A stretch of 64,000 nucleotides of DNA, taken from positions 16,986-80,985 of the forward strand of contig JBHIBO010000002.1 in NCBI GenBank assembly GCA_046759185.1, read 5' to 3'. A program made the position numbers and the translations under genes. The notes beneath the pieces are model-generated. The model did no database searches. It was not told the origin of the DNA and was given only the letters and a program-made list of their open reading frames with translations. Shown piece after piece: positions 1 to 9,624 of the stretch (the first letter of the stretch is position 1; each line of letters begins with the position of its first letter). Source of the stretch: Thermoplasmata archaeon. GTDB taxonomy: Archaea > Thermoplasmatota > Thermoplasmata > RBG-16-68-12 > JAJISG01.

Positions 1-239
1 TCAACCCGGTTGATCTCCTCCATAGCCAGGGTGTAACTGACGGTGTCCGTCCCCCCGCCCCCGTACTTCTCGGGGACCATCATCCCCATGAGCCCCAGGT
101 CGGTCATCTGGTCGACCAGGTCCCGGGGGAACTCCTCCGCTTCGTCGTAGGCGACCACCTTGGGGGCGACTTCCCTGTCCGCGAACTCCGCCACGGATTG
201 GGCGATGAGTTGCTGCTCCTTCGTCAATGCGAAGTCCAA
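1..239 (-). CDS. Acyl-CoA dehydrogenase, 5' part (runs off the window start)
   Basis: Manual translation from TTG at 239 gives MDFALTKEQQLIAQSVAEFADREVAP...LGLMGMMVPEKYGGGG...LAMEEI, a typical ACAD N-terminus; GGAGG upstream. Confidence 0.9.
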   Translation of the reverse strand, partial: MDFALTKEQQLIAQSVAEFADREVAPKVVAYDEAEEFPRDLVDQMTDLGLMGMMVPEKYGGGGTDTVSYTLAMEEINRV

Positions 240-288
240 GGCTGGCCTCCCTGGAGGCAGGGAAACGGGGTGGTTAAACCCTTGCGCG

Positions 289-843
289 TCAGAAGCTGAG
301 GGTCTGGAAGCCCAGGACGGCGACGAAGAAGAAGAAGATGAGGGCCCGGAGGGTGCCGCCCACGAAGTTGACTAGGAGAAACACCCAACCCCGGATGAGC
401 TGTCCCTGCTTGTTGAAGAGGGAGTAGAGGTAGATGGGGAGGGTGTCAGGAAGGAAGGGGATGGCCAGGAGGATGAAGAGGCCCACCCAGCCCGTGAACC
501 GGACGAAACGGGTCACGTACCCAACGAACTGGCCGAGGATCCGGTAGCGCGCGCTGTAGTACCGGATGGGCCCTTCCACTTTCAGTCCCAGGAGGAAGAT
601 AAGACCCGCGCCGACCATCTTGGAGAGCCCGATGACCAGGGCGATGGTGAAGATGCCAAGGTTCTCCGGCTTGACGAAGAGGGCGAGCTCGATGGGGAAG
701 GGGAGGAAGACGGCCGTGGCGATGCCGTAGAGGAAGAGGACGATCAGGTAGAGAACGGGGTCTGCGGTATAGGCTTCCAGGATGCCCAGGAAGAACTCGA
801 TGAAAGCATCGTGAAAGGTGATGCGAGCCCCTCCGGCTCCCAA
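289..843 (-). CDS. Membrane protein (DedA/YqaA/VTT-like)
   Basis: 184 aa, several hydrophobic segments, LPFPIE and IPFLPD motifs. Confidence 0.65.
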   Translation of the reverse strand: MGAGGARITFHDAFIEFFLGILEAYTADPVLYLIVLFLYGIATAVFLPFPIELALFVKPENLGIFTIALVIGLSKMVGAGLIFLLGLKVEGPIRYYSARYRILGQFVGYVTRFVRFTGWVGLFILLAIPFLPDTLPIYLYSLFNKQGQLIRGWVFLLVNFVGGTLRALIFFFFVAVLGFQTLSF

Positions 844-963
844 TGGCTAACGGAGTTAAAAGAATGAGCCAGCTTGGGGCCGGCGTCCCCGTCCAGGGAG
901 CCTCCAGGGAGCAGCCGAGAACCCTTATATGAGGGCTCCAGTTAGAAGAGCCCGGGGAGCAGC

Positions 964-1746
964 ATGCCTACCTTTGAGTACTCAAGTGAGAGCGAGATCA
1001 CGCGAGCGATTCTCCAGGGTTTCTCCAACGACCTGAACGAATACGCCGAGTCCGACGTCATCGTCGTAGGCGGGGGCCCGAGCGGCCTCATGACGGGAAG
1101 GGAACTGGCTAAGCGCGGCGTCAAGGTCCTGATCATCGAGCGGAACAACTACCTCGGCGGTGGTTTCTGGCTCGGGGGCTACCTCATGAATACGATTACG
1201 GTCCGCGCCCCCGGGCAGGAGGTCCTGGAGGAGCTCGAGATTCCTTACGAAAAGGCGGCCGAGGGCCTCTACACCACGGTCGGCCCCCACGCTTGCTCCA
1301 AGACCATCGCGGCCGCTTGCGACGCTGGAGCCAAGATTCTCAACATGACGAGCTTGGAGGATGTGGTCGTCCGGGACCAGAACCGTGTCGGTGGCGTCGT
1401 AGTCAACTGGACCCCTGTCGGGGCCCTCCCCCGGGAGATTACCTGCGTCGACCCCGTGGCCTTGGAGTGCCGCCTCGTGGTGGATGCCACCGGCCACGAC
1501 GCCGAAGTCGTCTCGGCCCTCGAGAAACGGGGGATAGTGAAGATCCCCGGTGAGGGGGCCATGTGGGTGGAGAAGTCGGAGGATCTCGTCGTCGAACACA
1601 CGGGGCTCGTCCATCCCGGACTCATCGTGGCAGGGATGGCGGTCTCCAGCGTCTACGCCCTCCCCCGGATGGGTCCGACCTTCGGGGCCATGCTCCTCTC
1701 GGGCAAGCGGGCCGCTGAAGTGGCCTATGACATCCTCAAGACCTAG
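964..1746 (+). CDS. thi4: Thiazole synthase Thi4 (Cys-containing type)
   Basis: GGGPSG FAD motif, [35 protein letters not shown]; TATA-like CTTATAT at ~924. Confidence 0.95.
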   Translation: MPTFEYSSESEITRAILQGFSNDLNEYAESDVIVVGGGPSGLMTGRELAKRGVKVLIIERNNYLGGGFWLGGYLMNTITVRAPGQEVLEELEIPYEKAAEGLYTTVGPHACSKTIAAACDAGAKILNMTSLEDVVVRDQNRVGGVVVNWTPVGALPREITCVDPVALECRLVVDATGHDAEVVSALEKRGIVKIPGEGAMWVEKSEDLVVEHTGLVHPGLIVAGMAVSSVYALPRMGPTFGAMLLSGKRAAEVAYDILKT

Positions 1747-2542
1747 GATTCTGGCGCGACCCGAACGGATCGTCCTCTACGAGGACCCCGCCACCCCCAC
1801 CCTGGATCTCAAGGAACTGGCGGCGTACGTGCGCGAGGCCACGGGGGTTTATGTCGAAACGCGACCCGAGTTCTTTTCCCACCATGGGGTGCCGGACCTG
1901 GAAGATCTGGCCGGGCAGATGGCCCATCTCAAGGTCAAAGACATCTACCACGAGGTGCAGGCGTATCCGCCTCTCCTGGGGGACGTGGACATCGAAAGAA
2001 GGCTCTTGCTCGACCCGCGCAACCGCCTCCCCGGAATCCTCTATGACGGCTTTCGTCTCCAAGCCCTAATGCGCTCCCTCATCCCTGAGGGGGAGCTGAG
2101 CCTTCGGACCGTCCATCTCGCCTTCACCCCCCGACTCATCTCCACGTTCGATCAGGGGGATCGTGTCTACCATGCCCGCGTCATCGTCTGCGGCCTGCCT
2201 GCCGTTGCCTCCACGAGCGGCGTGGTCGAGGGACCGGCAAAACCCAGGGGGTTCTACGCGGCAAAGCGACGGTACAGCACGATGGGAATCACACCACCCA
2301 CCGAGGTCCTGAAGGAGGAGTTCGTGGGCCAATTCATCGATTACGACGACCCGCGACTGACGGAGGTGTTCAAGGGCTACGCCCTTCAGGCCCTCTTCTT
2401 TCACCTTCTCGGGAATCCCTTCTGCGAGGACCGGACCTGCCGACTGTTCAACGCCCACTGGCAGGCGGAGATGATCGGCGCCCAGCTGGAGTCGGGAGCG
2501 CTCTGCGAGGTCCACGCTGGATTCCTGCCCCTCGATTCCTGA
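1727..2542 (+). CDS. Conserved archaeal protein, putative metallopeptidase (DUF6775-like)
   Basis: [35 protein letters not shown] and LCEVH motifs; start uncertain. Confidence 0.7.
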   Translation: MTSSRPRILARPERIVLYEDPATPTLDLKELAAYVREATGVYVETRPEFFSHHGVPDLEDLAGQMAHLKVKDIYHEVQAYPPLLGDVDIERRLLLDPRNRLPGILYDGFRLQALMRSLIPEGELSLRTVHLAFTPRLISTFDQGDRVYHARVIVCGLPAVASTSGVVEGPAKPRGFYAAKRRYSTMGITPPTEVLKEEFVGQFIDYDDPRLTEVFKGYALQALFFHLLGNPFCEDRTCRLFNAHWQAEMIGAQLESGALCEVHAGFLPLDS

Positions 2543-2582
2543 CCCGCAAAGGATTCATCCTGGCGCGTCCTACGCGCTCGAG

Positions 2583-3686
2583 TTGAAGCTCCCCCCCTTT
2601 GAGATGGAGCGGTGGCAATCGACCTGGGAGCAGCAGGTGGCGGTCAACCTCTCGGAGAGCGGTGTCGACCCCATCGCCCTGGAAGAGCTCCTGAGCGAGA
2701 ACGACCTGCGGGAGCTCCTGCGGTCACCGCTAGGGTATGCCCCCACCCAAGGCTCAATCGAGCTCCGGGAGGCGGTGGCGGGTCTCTACCCCGACTGCGG
2801 CCCGGAGAACGTCCTGCTAACAACAGGGTCGGCAGAGGCCAACTTTCTTGGGACCCTGGCTACGGCCGAGCGGGGCGCACCCTTCGTCACGGTCCTCCCC
2901 AACTACATGCAAGTCTGGGGACTGGCCCAGACGTGGGGGAAAGCCATCCCGTTGTGGCTGAGGCAGAAGCGATCGTGGCAGCCGGACCCGGAGGAGGTGA
3001 AGGCGGCCGTTTCCCTTGGTACGACGGCCATCTCCCTCAGCCACCCCAACAATCCAACGGGTGTCGCCCTGACGACAGAGACGCGCCGCACACTTCTCGA
3101 GGCCGCCGAGGATGTCGGCGCTTGGATTCTGTCGGATGAGGTGTATCGCGGGGCGGAGCGGGTCGGCAAGGAGACCCCCTCCTTCTGGCGTGCCTCCGAA
3201 AGGGTCCTCGTCGCCTCCGGCCTCTCCAAGGCCTACGGCCTGCCCGGATTGCGCCTCGGCTGGGTCTGCGGACCGGCTGCCTTCGTGGATCGCCTCTGGG
3301 CCCTCCACGACTACACCACCATCGCCCTCAACCAGTTAGCAGACGTCCTGGGGCGGCGCGCGCTAGGACCATGGAGGGAGCATCTCCTCCGCCGAGCCCG
3401 CTCCATCCTTCGCGGCAACTTCCCCGTCCTCGAGTCCTTCGTCCAGGAGAACGACCTGGAATGGATTCCTCCCGCAGCGGGGGCCATCTCGTTCCTCCGG
3501 TACCCGTGGAAGGTCCCTTCGCTGGCGCTCGCCGAGCAGGCCCGAAAGGCAGGTGTCTTAATCGTCCCAGGCACGCACTTCCAGGAGGAGGGCCATCTTC
3601 GCCTCGGGTATGGCATGGACCGCGAGGAGCTCGCGAAGGGACTCGGCCTCCTCCAATCCGTCGTCGATGAGGTCGCGGAGGCATGA
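2583..3686 (+). CDS. PLP-dependent aminotransferase class I/II
   Basis: HPNNPTG, DEVY, SKAYGLPGLRLGW. Confidence 0.9.
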   Translation: MKLPPFEMERWQSTWEQQVAVNLSESGVDPIALEELLSENDLRELLRSPLGYAPTQGSIELREAVAGLYPDCGPENVLLTTGSAEANFLGTLATAERGAPFVTVLPNYMQVWGLAQTWGKAIPLWLRQKRSWQPDPEEVKAAVSLGTTAISLSHPNNPTGVALTTETRRTLLEAAEDVGAWILSDEVYRGAERVGKETPSFWRASERVLVASGLSKAYGLPGLRLGWVCGPAAFVDRLWALHDYTTIALNQLADVLGRRALGPWREHLLRRARSILRGNFPVLESFVQENDLEWIPPAAGAISFLRYPWKVPSLALAEQARKAGVLIVPGTHFQEEGHLRLGYGMDREELAKGLGLLQSVVDEVAEA

Positions 3687-4828
3687 GGGCCGACGTGGTG
3701 GTCGTCGGCGCCGGCATCGCGGGGACGGCGATGGCCTACTTCCTGGCGAAGGGAGGCCTTCGGGTCGCCCTCGTGGATCGAACCTATCCGGGACACGGCG
3801 CAACGGGGCGGTCCGCCGGTTTCCTCGTCTCGCAGCATTGGAACGAACACGATGTTGCCCTTGCCCGCGCATCGCGGGAGATCGCCACGCACGTCCACCC
3901 GGAGGGGGCCTCGGGTTTCACCGCCTCGGGATTCCTCCGCCTCACTGCGAGAGAGGAGGACATCCCCGTGATGCGAGAGCGCTCTCGGGACATCCGCAGA
4001 GACGGCCATCGAGCAGAGGTGCTGACACGCCGAAACCTCGGGCGGCGTTTTCCTTGGCTCCGAACTCCCGGTCTCGCCGGCGGTCTTTTCACCCCCGAAG
4101 ACGGCTACCTGGACCCCTACGAGGTCTCCACCGGCTTTCTGAGTCGGGCCCGCGATCGGGGGGCGGAACTCCTGGTCAACAGCCCGGTGGAGGAACTGAT
4201 GGTCCGAGCCTCGCGGGTGGAGGGCGTCGTGGCGGGGAAGAAGAATATAGAGGCGGACACCGTTGTCCTGACCCTTGGCCCCTGGACCAAACCGTTGCTG
4301 CAGGCCCACGGGGTGGACCTCCCCGTCAAAGGCTACCGGGTCCAAGCCCTGGTGACGGCTCCTATCCCTGACCTACCGTCCCTCCCCATGCTCCACGAGC
4401 TCCCCAACGGATACTATCTCCGACCCGAACAGACGGGCCTCCTTGTGGGGGATGGGACCGAATACACGGAAGCCGATCCGGAATCCTACGACCAAGAGGC
4501 GGGCTTTGCCCTCTACACCGACCTGGCGGCCTGGCTCACCCGGCGCGTCCCCTCCGCCGCCGCGGCCATGGTCACCCGGGGATGGGCGGGTCTCTGCCAG
4601 GCCACGCCGGACCGTCTCCCCCTTGCCGGGGAGCTGAGTGACTGGGAGGGGCTCCACGTCCTGGCAGGATTCAACGGGCTCGGCGTCATGCGGAGCCCGG
4701 CTCTCGCCGAGGCATTAGCTGAGCGTCTTCTCGGACGCGACCCAGCCCTCGATCTGGACCCCTTCCGACCCGACCGGTTCGAGACCGGTCTGGACTTCAC
4801 CATCCACGAGGGGTTCACGCTTCAATGA
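3683..4828 (+). CDS. FAD-dependent oxidoreductase (DAO/sarcosine oxidase beta family)
   Basis: GAGIAG, ATGRSAG, TPDRLP, GFNGLG; ATGA overlap with the upstream gene. Confidence 0.88.
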   Translation: MRADVVVVGAGIAGTAMAYFLAKGGLRVALVDRTYPGHGATGRSAGFLVSQHWNEHDVALARASREIATHVHPEGASGFTASGFLRLTAREEDIPVMRERSRDIRRDGHRAEVLTRRNLGRRFPWLRTPGLAGGLFTPEDGYLDPYEVSTGFLSRARDRGAELLVNSPVEELMVRASRVEGVVAGKKNIEADTVVLTLGPWTKPLLQAHGVDLPVKGYRVQALVTAPIPDLPSLPMLHELPNGYYLRPEQTGLLVGDGTEYTEADPESYDQEAGFALYTDLAAWLTRRVPSAAAAMVTRGWAGLCQATPDRLPLAGELSDWEGLHVLAGFNGLGVMRSPALAEALAERLLGRDPALDLDPFRPDRFETGLDFTIHEGFTLQ

Positions 4829-4877
4829 GGCGCTCGCTTTCTTAGGGAAGGAGCCCTCAATGGAGGGGAGGCTCACC

Positions 4878-5347
4878 ATGGTGGACGAAGGAGAGAAGGC
4901 ACCCGACTTCACGATTCCTAACGAGGACATCAGCCGGTGAATCTGGCGAAGGAGCTCGGCGAGGGCCCCGTCGTCCTCTCCTTCTACCTCTTCGACTTCA
5001 CGACCACATGCACCACGCAGGCGTGCAACTCCCGCGACTCTCCGGGGGCGTTCCAGCAGTACGGCGCCAGAGTCCTCGGCATCAACGGGGATTCCCCGTT
5101 CAGCCACCAGCTGTTCAGGAAGATCAACCACCTCAACTTCCCCCTCTTGAGCGACTGGGGCCGTGTCGTCAGTCGGGCCTATGGGATTCACTACGAGGAG
5201 ATCAACGGCCTTCCGGGCGCCCCGAAGAGATCGGTCTGCGTTCTGGATCGGGACCGGGTCGTCCGGCACAGGTGGGTCCCCGAGGATCCCGACATCCCTC
5301 CCAACACGGAGGCGGTTGCCGCGGGCGTCAGGAAATTGGCGTCCTAG
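4878..5347 (+). pseudogene. Peroxiredoxin (BCP/AhpC-TSA family), frameshifted near 4930
   Basis: ATG 4878 reads MVDEGEKAPDFTIPNEDI, then stops at 4938; the -1 frame continues PVNLAKEL...FTTTCTTQAC...LNFPLLSDW. Confidence 0.75.
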
Positions 5348-5383
5348 GGCACCCTGTGGAAGACCCGCCGTTCTTCGCGACCC

Positions 5384-6034
5384 TCACCCCTTCTCCCCTC
5401 GGGTCACGATGGCGAGGTCCGGCTTCCACGGGGGCCCGGTGTACCCGACACGAACCCGCCGGAACCCCGCTTCCTCGAACATGGCGACGGCCTCTTCCTC
5501 GTCATAGAACAACATCATGTTGTCCGCCAGCAGACGATAGAGCCGGTCCCGCGGTCGAGTGGGCCCGCCCACCATGGCCACGCCGCCCGGTCGGAGAACG
5601 CGGTTCATTTCGTGCAGGGCCCGAACCGGGTCGGGCCAGTACTCGATGGAGCCGGAGGAGACCACCGCGTCGAAGCGTTCCCCCTGGAAGGGCAGATTCT
5701 CCGCATCCCCCCGCACGAGGGGGATCGGAAGCTTCCGGGCCGCCCGCTGGAGCTGCTCGGGGGTAATGTCCAGCCCCCACACCGAGGACGTGGTCTCCAG
5801 GACGCCCTCGCTGAGGAACCCCGTCCCGCACCCCACGTCGAGCACCTCCATCCCAGGGCGGAGTCCCGCCATGTCCAGGCCGAAGGCACGCATGCGCTCG
5901 TCCCAGAACAGGTCCCGGAGCCACGTGTCATACACCTTAGAGAGCTGGCGGTAGAAACGCTGCGCACGTCGCTTATCGCGAAGGAACTCCAGACGGGGGC
6001 CCCCGTCCGTCGCGATAGCCTTTTCCCGCCCCAT
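5384..6034 (-). CDS. Class I SAM methyltransferase, UbiE/VTE3 (MPBQ/MSBQ-MT)-like
   Basis: VLDVGCGTG, GDAENLPF, SSGSIEYWPDP, LADNMMLF. Confidence 0.85.
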   Translation of the reverse strand: MGREKAIATDGGPRLEFLRDKRRAQRFYRQLSKVYDTWLRDLFWDERMRAFGLDMAGLRPGMEVLDVGCGTGFLSEGVLETTSSVWGLDITPEQLQRAARKLPIPLVRGDAENLPFQGERFDAVVSSGSIEYWPDPVRALHEMNRVLRPGGVAMVGGPTRPRDRLYRLLADNMMLFYDEEEAVAMFEEAGFRRVRVGYTGPPWKPDLAIVTRGEKG

Positions 6035-6137
6035 GGTCTTTCCGTCTCGTGCGCCTCAGGGAGGCCGTCTTGGACCTCGGCTACTTCTTCATCACCCTCT
6101 TTCTCGTCAGCTACGGTCTCGTCCTCGTGGTGCGCGG

Positions 6138-7262
6138 CTACCTCGCCCGGGGGCTTTCTGCGTTCACCGCCTCTACCACGGGCAGGTCCTGACACCGGAG
6201 CGCGGCGGCCAACCCTTCCGGCCCCAGGAGTCGAAAGCTCTCCTCCAAGGCCTCGGGGTCGTCAAAGGACGGCGCCAGCATCTGGAAGAGGGCCCGACCT
6301 CGCTCGAACGCGCCGCCCAGGACCCGACGCCATGCCGCTTCATAGTCCGTCAACGGCGCCGTACCTGCTGCGAACCTCGCCGCGGCCTCCCCCGCCAGGC
6401 GGCCGCAGATCATGGCGGTGAAGATGCCACCACCGGAGGTGGAGAGGACATGTCCGGCGGCATCCCCCGCGAGGAGGACGTTCCCTCGAACCGTCTCGGA
6501 AAGGGGGCCGCCCATGGGGACGAAGCCCCCGACGGGGGCCGAGGTTGCCCGGAGACCGCGAGCCTCAAGGAAGGTGTCCAGCGCGGCATGGAGGGGATCC
6601 TGTTTGAGGTCGGGCCGGACCCCGAGACCCACGTTCGCGTCGTGTCGTCGCGGGATGACCCACGCATACCCGCCGGGAGCGGAGCCACCGAAGTAGGCCT
6701 CGAAGACCGGATCAAAGGATCCCGCGAGGGACAGCGAGAGCGCGGGGAAGAGGAGTTCGTGCTCGGGGAACCCCATCTCCCGGGCCACGAGAGAGCGGGG
6801 CCCATCGGCCCCTACGACCACGGAACTCCGGACGCGGGTCCGCGGCGTGATCAGATCCCCGTTCTCGAACCCCAGGAAGGACGTGTCGGTCCACAACTCG
6901 GCCCCCGCATCGACGGCCTGCCGCGCCAGGTAGCGATCCAATCGACCTCTCCAGATTGAATGGCCCTGAAAGTCGACCTCAAAGGCTCGCCCCGAAGGGG
7001 CATGGGCTCGAGCTCGCTCGATGAAACGGCCTAGGACGTGCGTGGGCAGGTCGAAGAGGTCCTCGAATCCCGCCGTGTCCGCGCAGATGCGTCGGATCTC
7101 CTCCAGCGATGGGAGAAACTCGCCGCACCGGACGGGCTCCCCCACGGTCTTGGCCCGCTCCAACATCAAGACCGAGGCGCCCCGGGATGCCGCCGCCGCG
7201 GCGGCCGTCGACCCCGCGGGACCGGCTCCGACGACCACAATGTCATACCGCGGAAGGGTCAG
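6138..7262 (-). CDS. Geranylgeranyl reductase family flavoprotein
   Basis: YDIVVVGAGPAGS, PVRCGE, GADG, PGGYAWVIP, GDAAG...GGGI; probable CTG start at 7262 behind GGAGG, overlapping the upstream stop. Confidence 0.88.
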   Translation of the reverse strand: MTLPRYDIVVVGAGPAGSTAAAAAASRGASVLMLERAKTVGEPVRCGEFLPSLEEIRRICADTAGFEDLFDLPTHVLGRFIERARAHAPSGRAFEVDFQGHSIWRGRLDRYLARQAVDAGAELWTDTSFLGFENGDLITPRTRVRSSVVVGADGPRSLVAREMGFPEHELLFPALSLSLAGSFDPVFEAYFGGSAPGGYAWVIPRRHDANVGLGVRPDLKQDPLHAALDTFLEARGLRATSAPVGGFVPMGGPLSETVRGNVLLAGDAAGHVLSTSGGGIFTAMICGRLAGEAAARFAAGTAPLTDYEAAWRRVLGGAFERGRALFQMLAPSFDDPEALEESFRLLGPEGLAAALRCQDLPVVEAVNAESPRAR

Positions 7263-8041
7263 GGGACGGCCTCCTTCAGGTCGAGGAGATCCCGAGGTGT
7301 CCGGCGTAGGAGACGCAGCAATTCGAGCTGGCCGCCTTCCCACGTGGTAGCCTCTCCTTCCGCCAGCCGAATCTCCGCGCTCATCCGGCGCTTGAGTCGG
7401 GGAAGCCACGGGCCCTCCCAGCCGTCCTGAATGTCGTCGGCCATCTGAAAGGCGTTCCCCAGGTGGAGGCCAAAGCGATAGAAGCTCTCCCCGCCCTGTC
7501 CGGACGCCAGGGCGCCGAAGGCGGCAGCCGCGGCGAAGAGTCGACCGGTCTTGAGCTCGATGTTACGCTCATAGCTTTCCCACGAGGCGGTCTCGGGCGC
7601 CTCCTCGAGGTACACGCCCAGACACATGGATACCCAGGCCTCTGAGAGGGTCTGTGCGGACGCGGCCCCATGGCGCGCAGCGAGGCTGAGGGCGACGCTT
7701 GGGAGAGTGAAGCCGGTGGTCACGGCCTGACGCAGGTCTCCAGCGAGGTGGAGAGCGGTCTTCCCCCGGCGTTCCCCATGTCCATCCAAGATGTCGTCGA
7801 GGCAGAGGGAGGCGCAGTGGGTGAGCTCGGCGCTGCACGCCAGGTCGAGGGCGACGGACCGATCGCCGTTCAGGGCGTCGGCCAGGAGGAGGGTGAGGGT
7901 GGGGCGGAGGCGCTTGCCACCTTCGACGACGTATTGGTAGAGGGGTTGGAGATCCTCCCCGTCCACGGCCTCACGGAGCCCCCCTTCGATGAGGGGGAGC
8001 ACCGAGGCCCGATAGCCCTCGAAGGATCGCTCCCGGCTCAT
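7259..8041 (-). CDS. Polyprenyl diphosphate synthase (short form)
   Basis: GGKRLRP, first Asp-rich motif LDDILD...RRG, KTG, second motif FQMADDIQD. Confidence 0.88.
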   Translation of the reverse strand: MSRERSFEGYRASVLPLIEGGLREAVDGEDLQPLYQYVVEGGKRLRPTLTLLLADALNGDRSVALDLACSAELTHCASLCLDDILDGHGERRGKTALHLAGDLRQAVTTGFTLPSVALSLAARHGAASAQTLSEAWVSMCLGVYLEEAPETASWESYERNIELKTGRLFAAAAAFGALASGQGGESFYRFGLHLGNAFQMADDIQDGWEGPWLPRLKRRMSAEIRLAEGEATTWEGGQLELLRLLRRTPRDLLDLKEAVP

Positions 8042-8170
8042 CACTCCGCCCCAAGCCCTGCCCCCGCCCATCCCGCGAGGGCCGTGTCCGCGGGAGAGGG
8101 CGCCTTACTCTTAAACCCGTTGACCTCGACGCCGGAACCCCTTAAGACCGGGCGGGCATAACTGGGCGCA

Positions 8171-8995
8171 TTGGTGAACCGGGGGATCCTCCGACAAAAG
8201 GCGTCCGCCCTCCGACGGGCGATGCGGGATCGTGAGAGCCTCCTCGTTGCCTTCTCCGGGGGGGTGGACAGCGGCCTGGTGTGCAAGCTCGCGGTGGACG
8301 CCCTGGGTCCCCGCGCCCTGGCCGTCACGGCTCAGGCCGAGAGCCTCCCCGACAGGGAGTTCCAGGCCGCGCGCAGGTTCGCGGCCGAGATGGGCATCCG
8401 GCACCGGATTGTCCGATACTCCGAGCTGGCCAACGAGGCCTACGTCGAGAACCCCACGAACCGCTGCTACTTCTGCCGTCAGGACTTAGGTCGGGCCCTC
8501 TGGCCTGTTGCTGAGGAGGAGGGGATCGACGCGATTGCCGACGGTGTCCTCCTCTCCGACCTCGGTCCATGGCGTCCCGGCATCCGGGCCATGGATGAGG
8601 CCGGATTCTGGCATCCGCTGGTGGACGAGGAAATCGACAAGACCCAAGTCCGTCGGTTGGCCGCGGAGCTCGGCCTCTCCTTTCACGACAAGCCCAGCAT
8701 GGCGTGTCTCTCCTCCCGGATCCCCCACGGACAGGTGGTCACCTTGGAGAAGCTGCAACGGATTGAGCGGGCGGAGAGGGTGCTCTACGACCTGGGCTTC
8801 CGACAGGTCCGGATACGCAACCACGGCGATGTGGCCCGCGTGGAAGTGGCCCGGGAGGAGGTGGGCCGCCTGAGGAGAGGCGCCCTCCGATCCCACGTCG
8901 CTCGGGAACTCGGAGGCTTGGGATACACCCACGTCGAGGTGGATTCCAGGGGCTACCGGACCGGCAGCCTAAGCGAGACGATTCCCAGCTCATAG
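8171..8995 (+). CDS. larE: ATP-dependent sulfur transferase LarE family
   Basis: AFSGGVDS PP-loop, NRCYFC, RPG, KPSMACLSSRIP, GYRTGSL. Confidence 0.9.
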   Translation: MVNRGILRQKASALRRAMRDRESLLVAFSGGVDSGLVCKLAVDALGPRALAVTAQAESLPDREFQAARRFAAEMGIRHRIVRYSELANEAYVENPTNRCYFCRQDLGRALWPVAEEEGIDAIADGVLLSDLGPWRPGIRAMDEAGFWHPLVDEEIDKTQVRRLAAELGLSFHDKPSMACLSSRIPHGQVVTLEKLQRIERAERVLYDLGFRQVRIRNHGDVARVEVAREEVGRLRRGALRSHVARELGGLGYTHVEVDSRGYRTGSLSETIPSS

Positions 8996-9011
8996 GCTCG
9001 CCCTTCACGGA

Positions 9012-9027
9012 TTTAGGGGACCCGAAC
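9012..9027. promoter_or_regulatory. Putative DtxR/MntR-type operator, copy 1 (autoregulatory)
   Basis: TTTAGGGGACCCGAAC, matching the two copies upstream of the FTR1 gene. Confidence 0.55.
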
Positions 9028-9063
9028 AAAGGTTTATCCCCGGCCCCCGGGATTTGGAACCAC

Positions 9064-9522
9064 ATGGCGGTGGCCGTCGAGACGACCGAGAGCGAGGAGA
9101 TGGTCCTCAAGTACACGTGGCTCCTCCAGCACGAGGGCGGGGCGCCCGCCAAGACGGGGCAGCTGGCGGACTACATCCAGATTGCCCCCTCCAGCGTCAC
9201 GGAGATGCTGGACAAGCTCCAGTCGAAGGGGCTCGCGAAGCACCGCAAATACGTTGGCGCCTCCCTCACGAAGGAGGGAGAACGAATCGCCGTGAGCATC
9301 CTGAAGCGCCACTGCGTCATGGAGTGGTTCATGGTGCAGGTTCTCGAGGTCCCGGAGGGCCAGTTCCATGACGAGGCGTGCGAAGTGGAGCACGTCTTGA
9401 CTGACGGGACGGCAGAGAAGCTTCGGGCACTCACGGACCAGCCCGACACCTGTCCCTCCTGCTACGACCTGGAGCGGCTCCACTGCCAGTACCTCGTGCC
9501 CGGCGAGGTGCCTCGGCGCTAG
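9064..9522 (+). CDS. DtxR/MntR family metal-dependent transcriptional regulator
   Basis: HTH with PSSVTEMLDKL, LTKEG, KRHCVMEWF, EACEVEH, CP motif. Confidence 0.92.
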   Translation: MAVAVETTESEEMVLKYTWLLQHEGGAPAKTGQLADYIQIAPSSVTEMLDKLQSKGLAKHRKYVGASLTKEGERIAVSILKRHCVMEWFMVQVLEVPEGQFHDEACEVEHVLTDGTAEKLRALTDQPDTCPSCYDLERLHCQYLVPGEVPRR

Positions 9523-9546
9523 ACCTTGCCTACCTATACAGTATAT

Positions 9547-9615
9547 TTTAGGCGGTCCGAAATCTCTAAATAGGACCCGAATCTCATCGCGGTTGCAGGT
9601 TTAGGCTATCCGAAA
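9547..9615. promoter_or_regulatory. Two putative DtxR-type operators upstream of the FTR1 gene
   Basis: Imperfect palindromes TTTAGGCGGTCCGAAA (9547-9562) and TTTAGGCTATCCGAAA (9600-9615). Confidence 0.65.
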
Positions 9616-9624
9616 ACAAGCGGG

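Noticed and set aside
4938-4940. TGA in the peroxiredoxin as possible selenocysteine
   Set aside because: Not at the catalytic position, and the downstream homology is in a different frame
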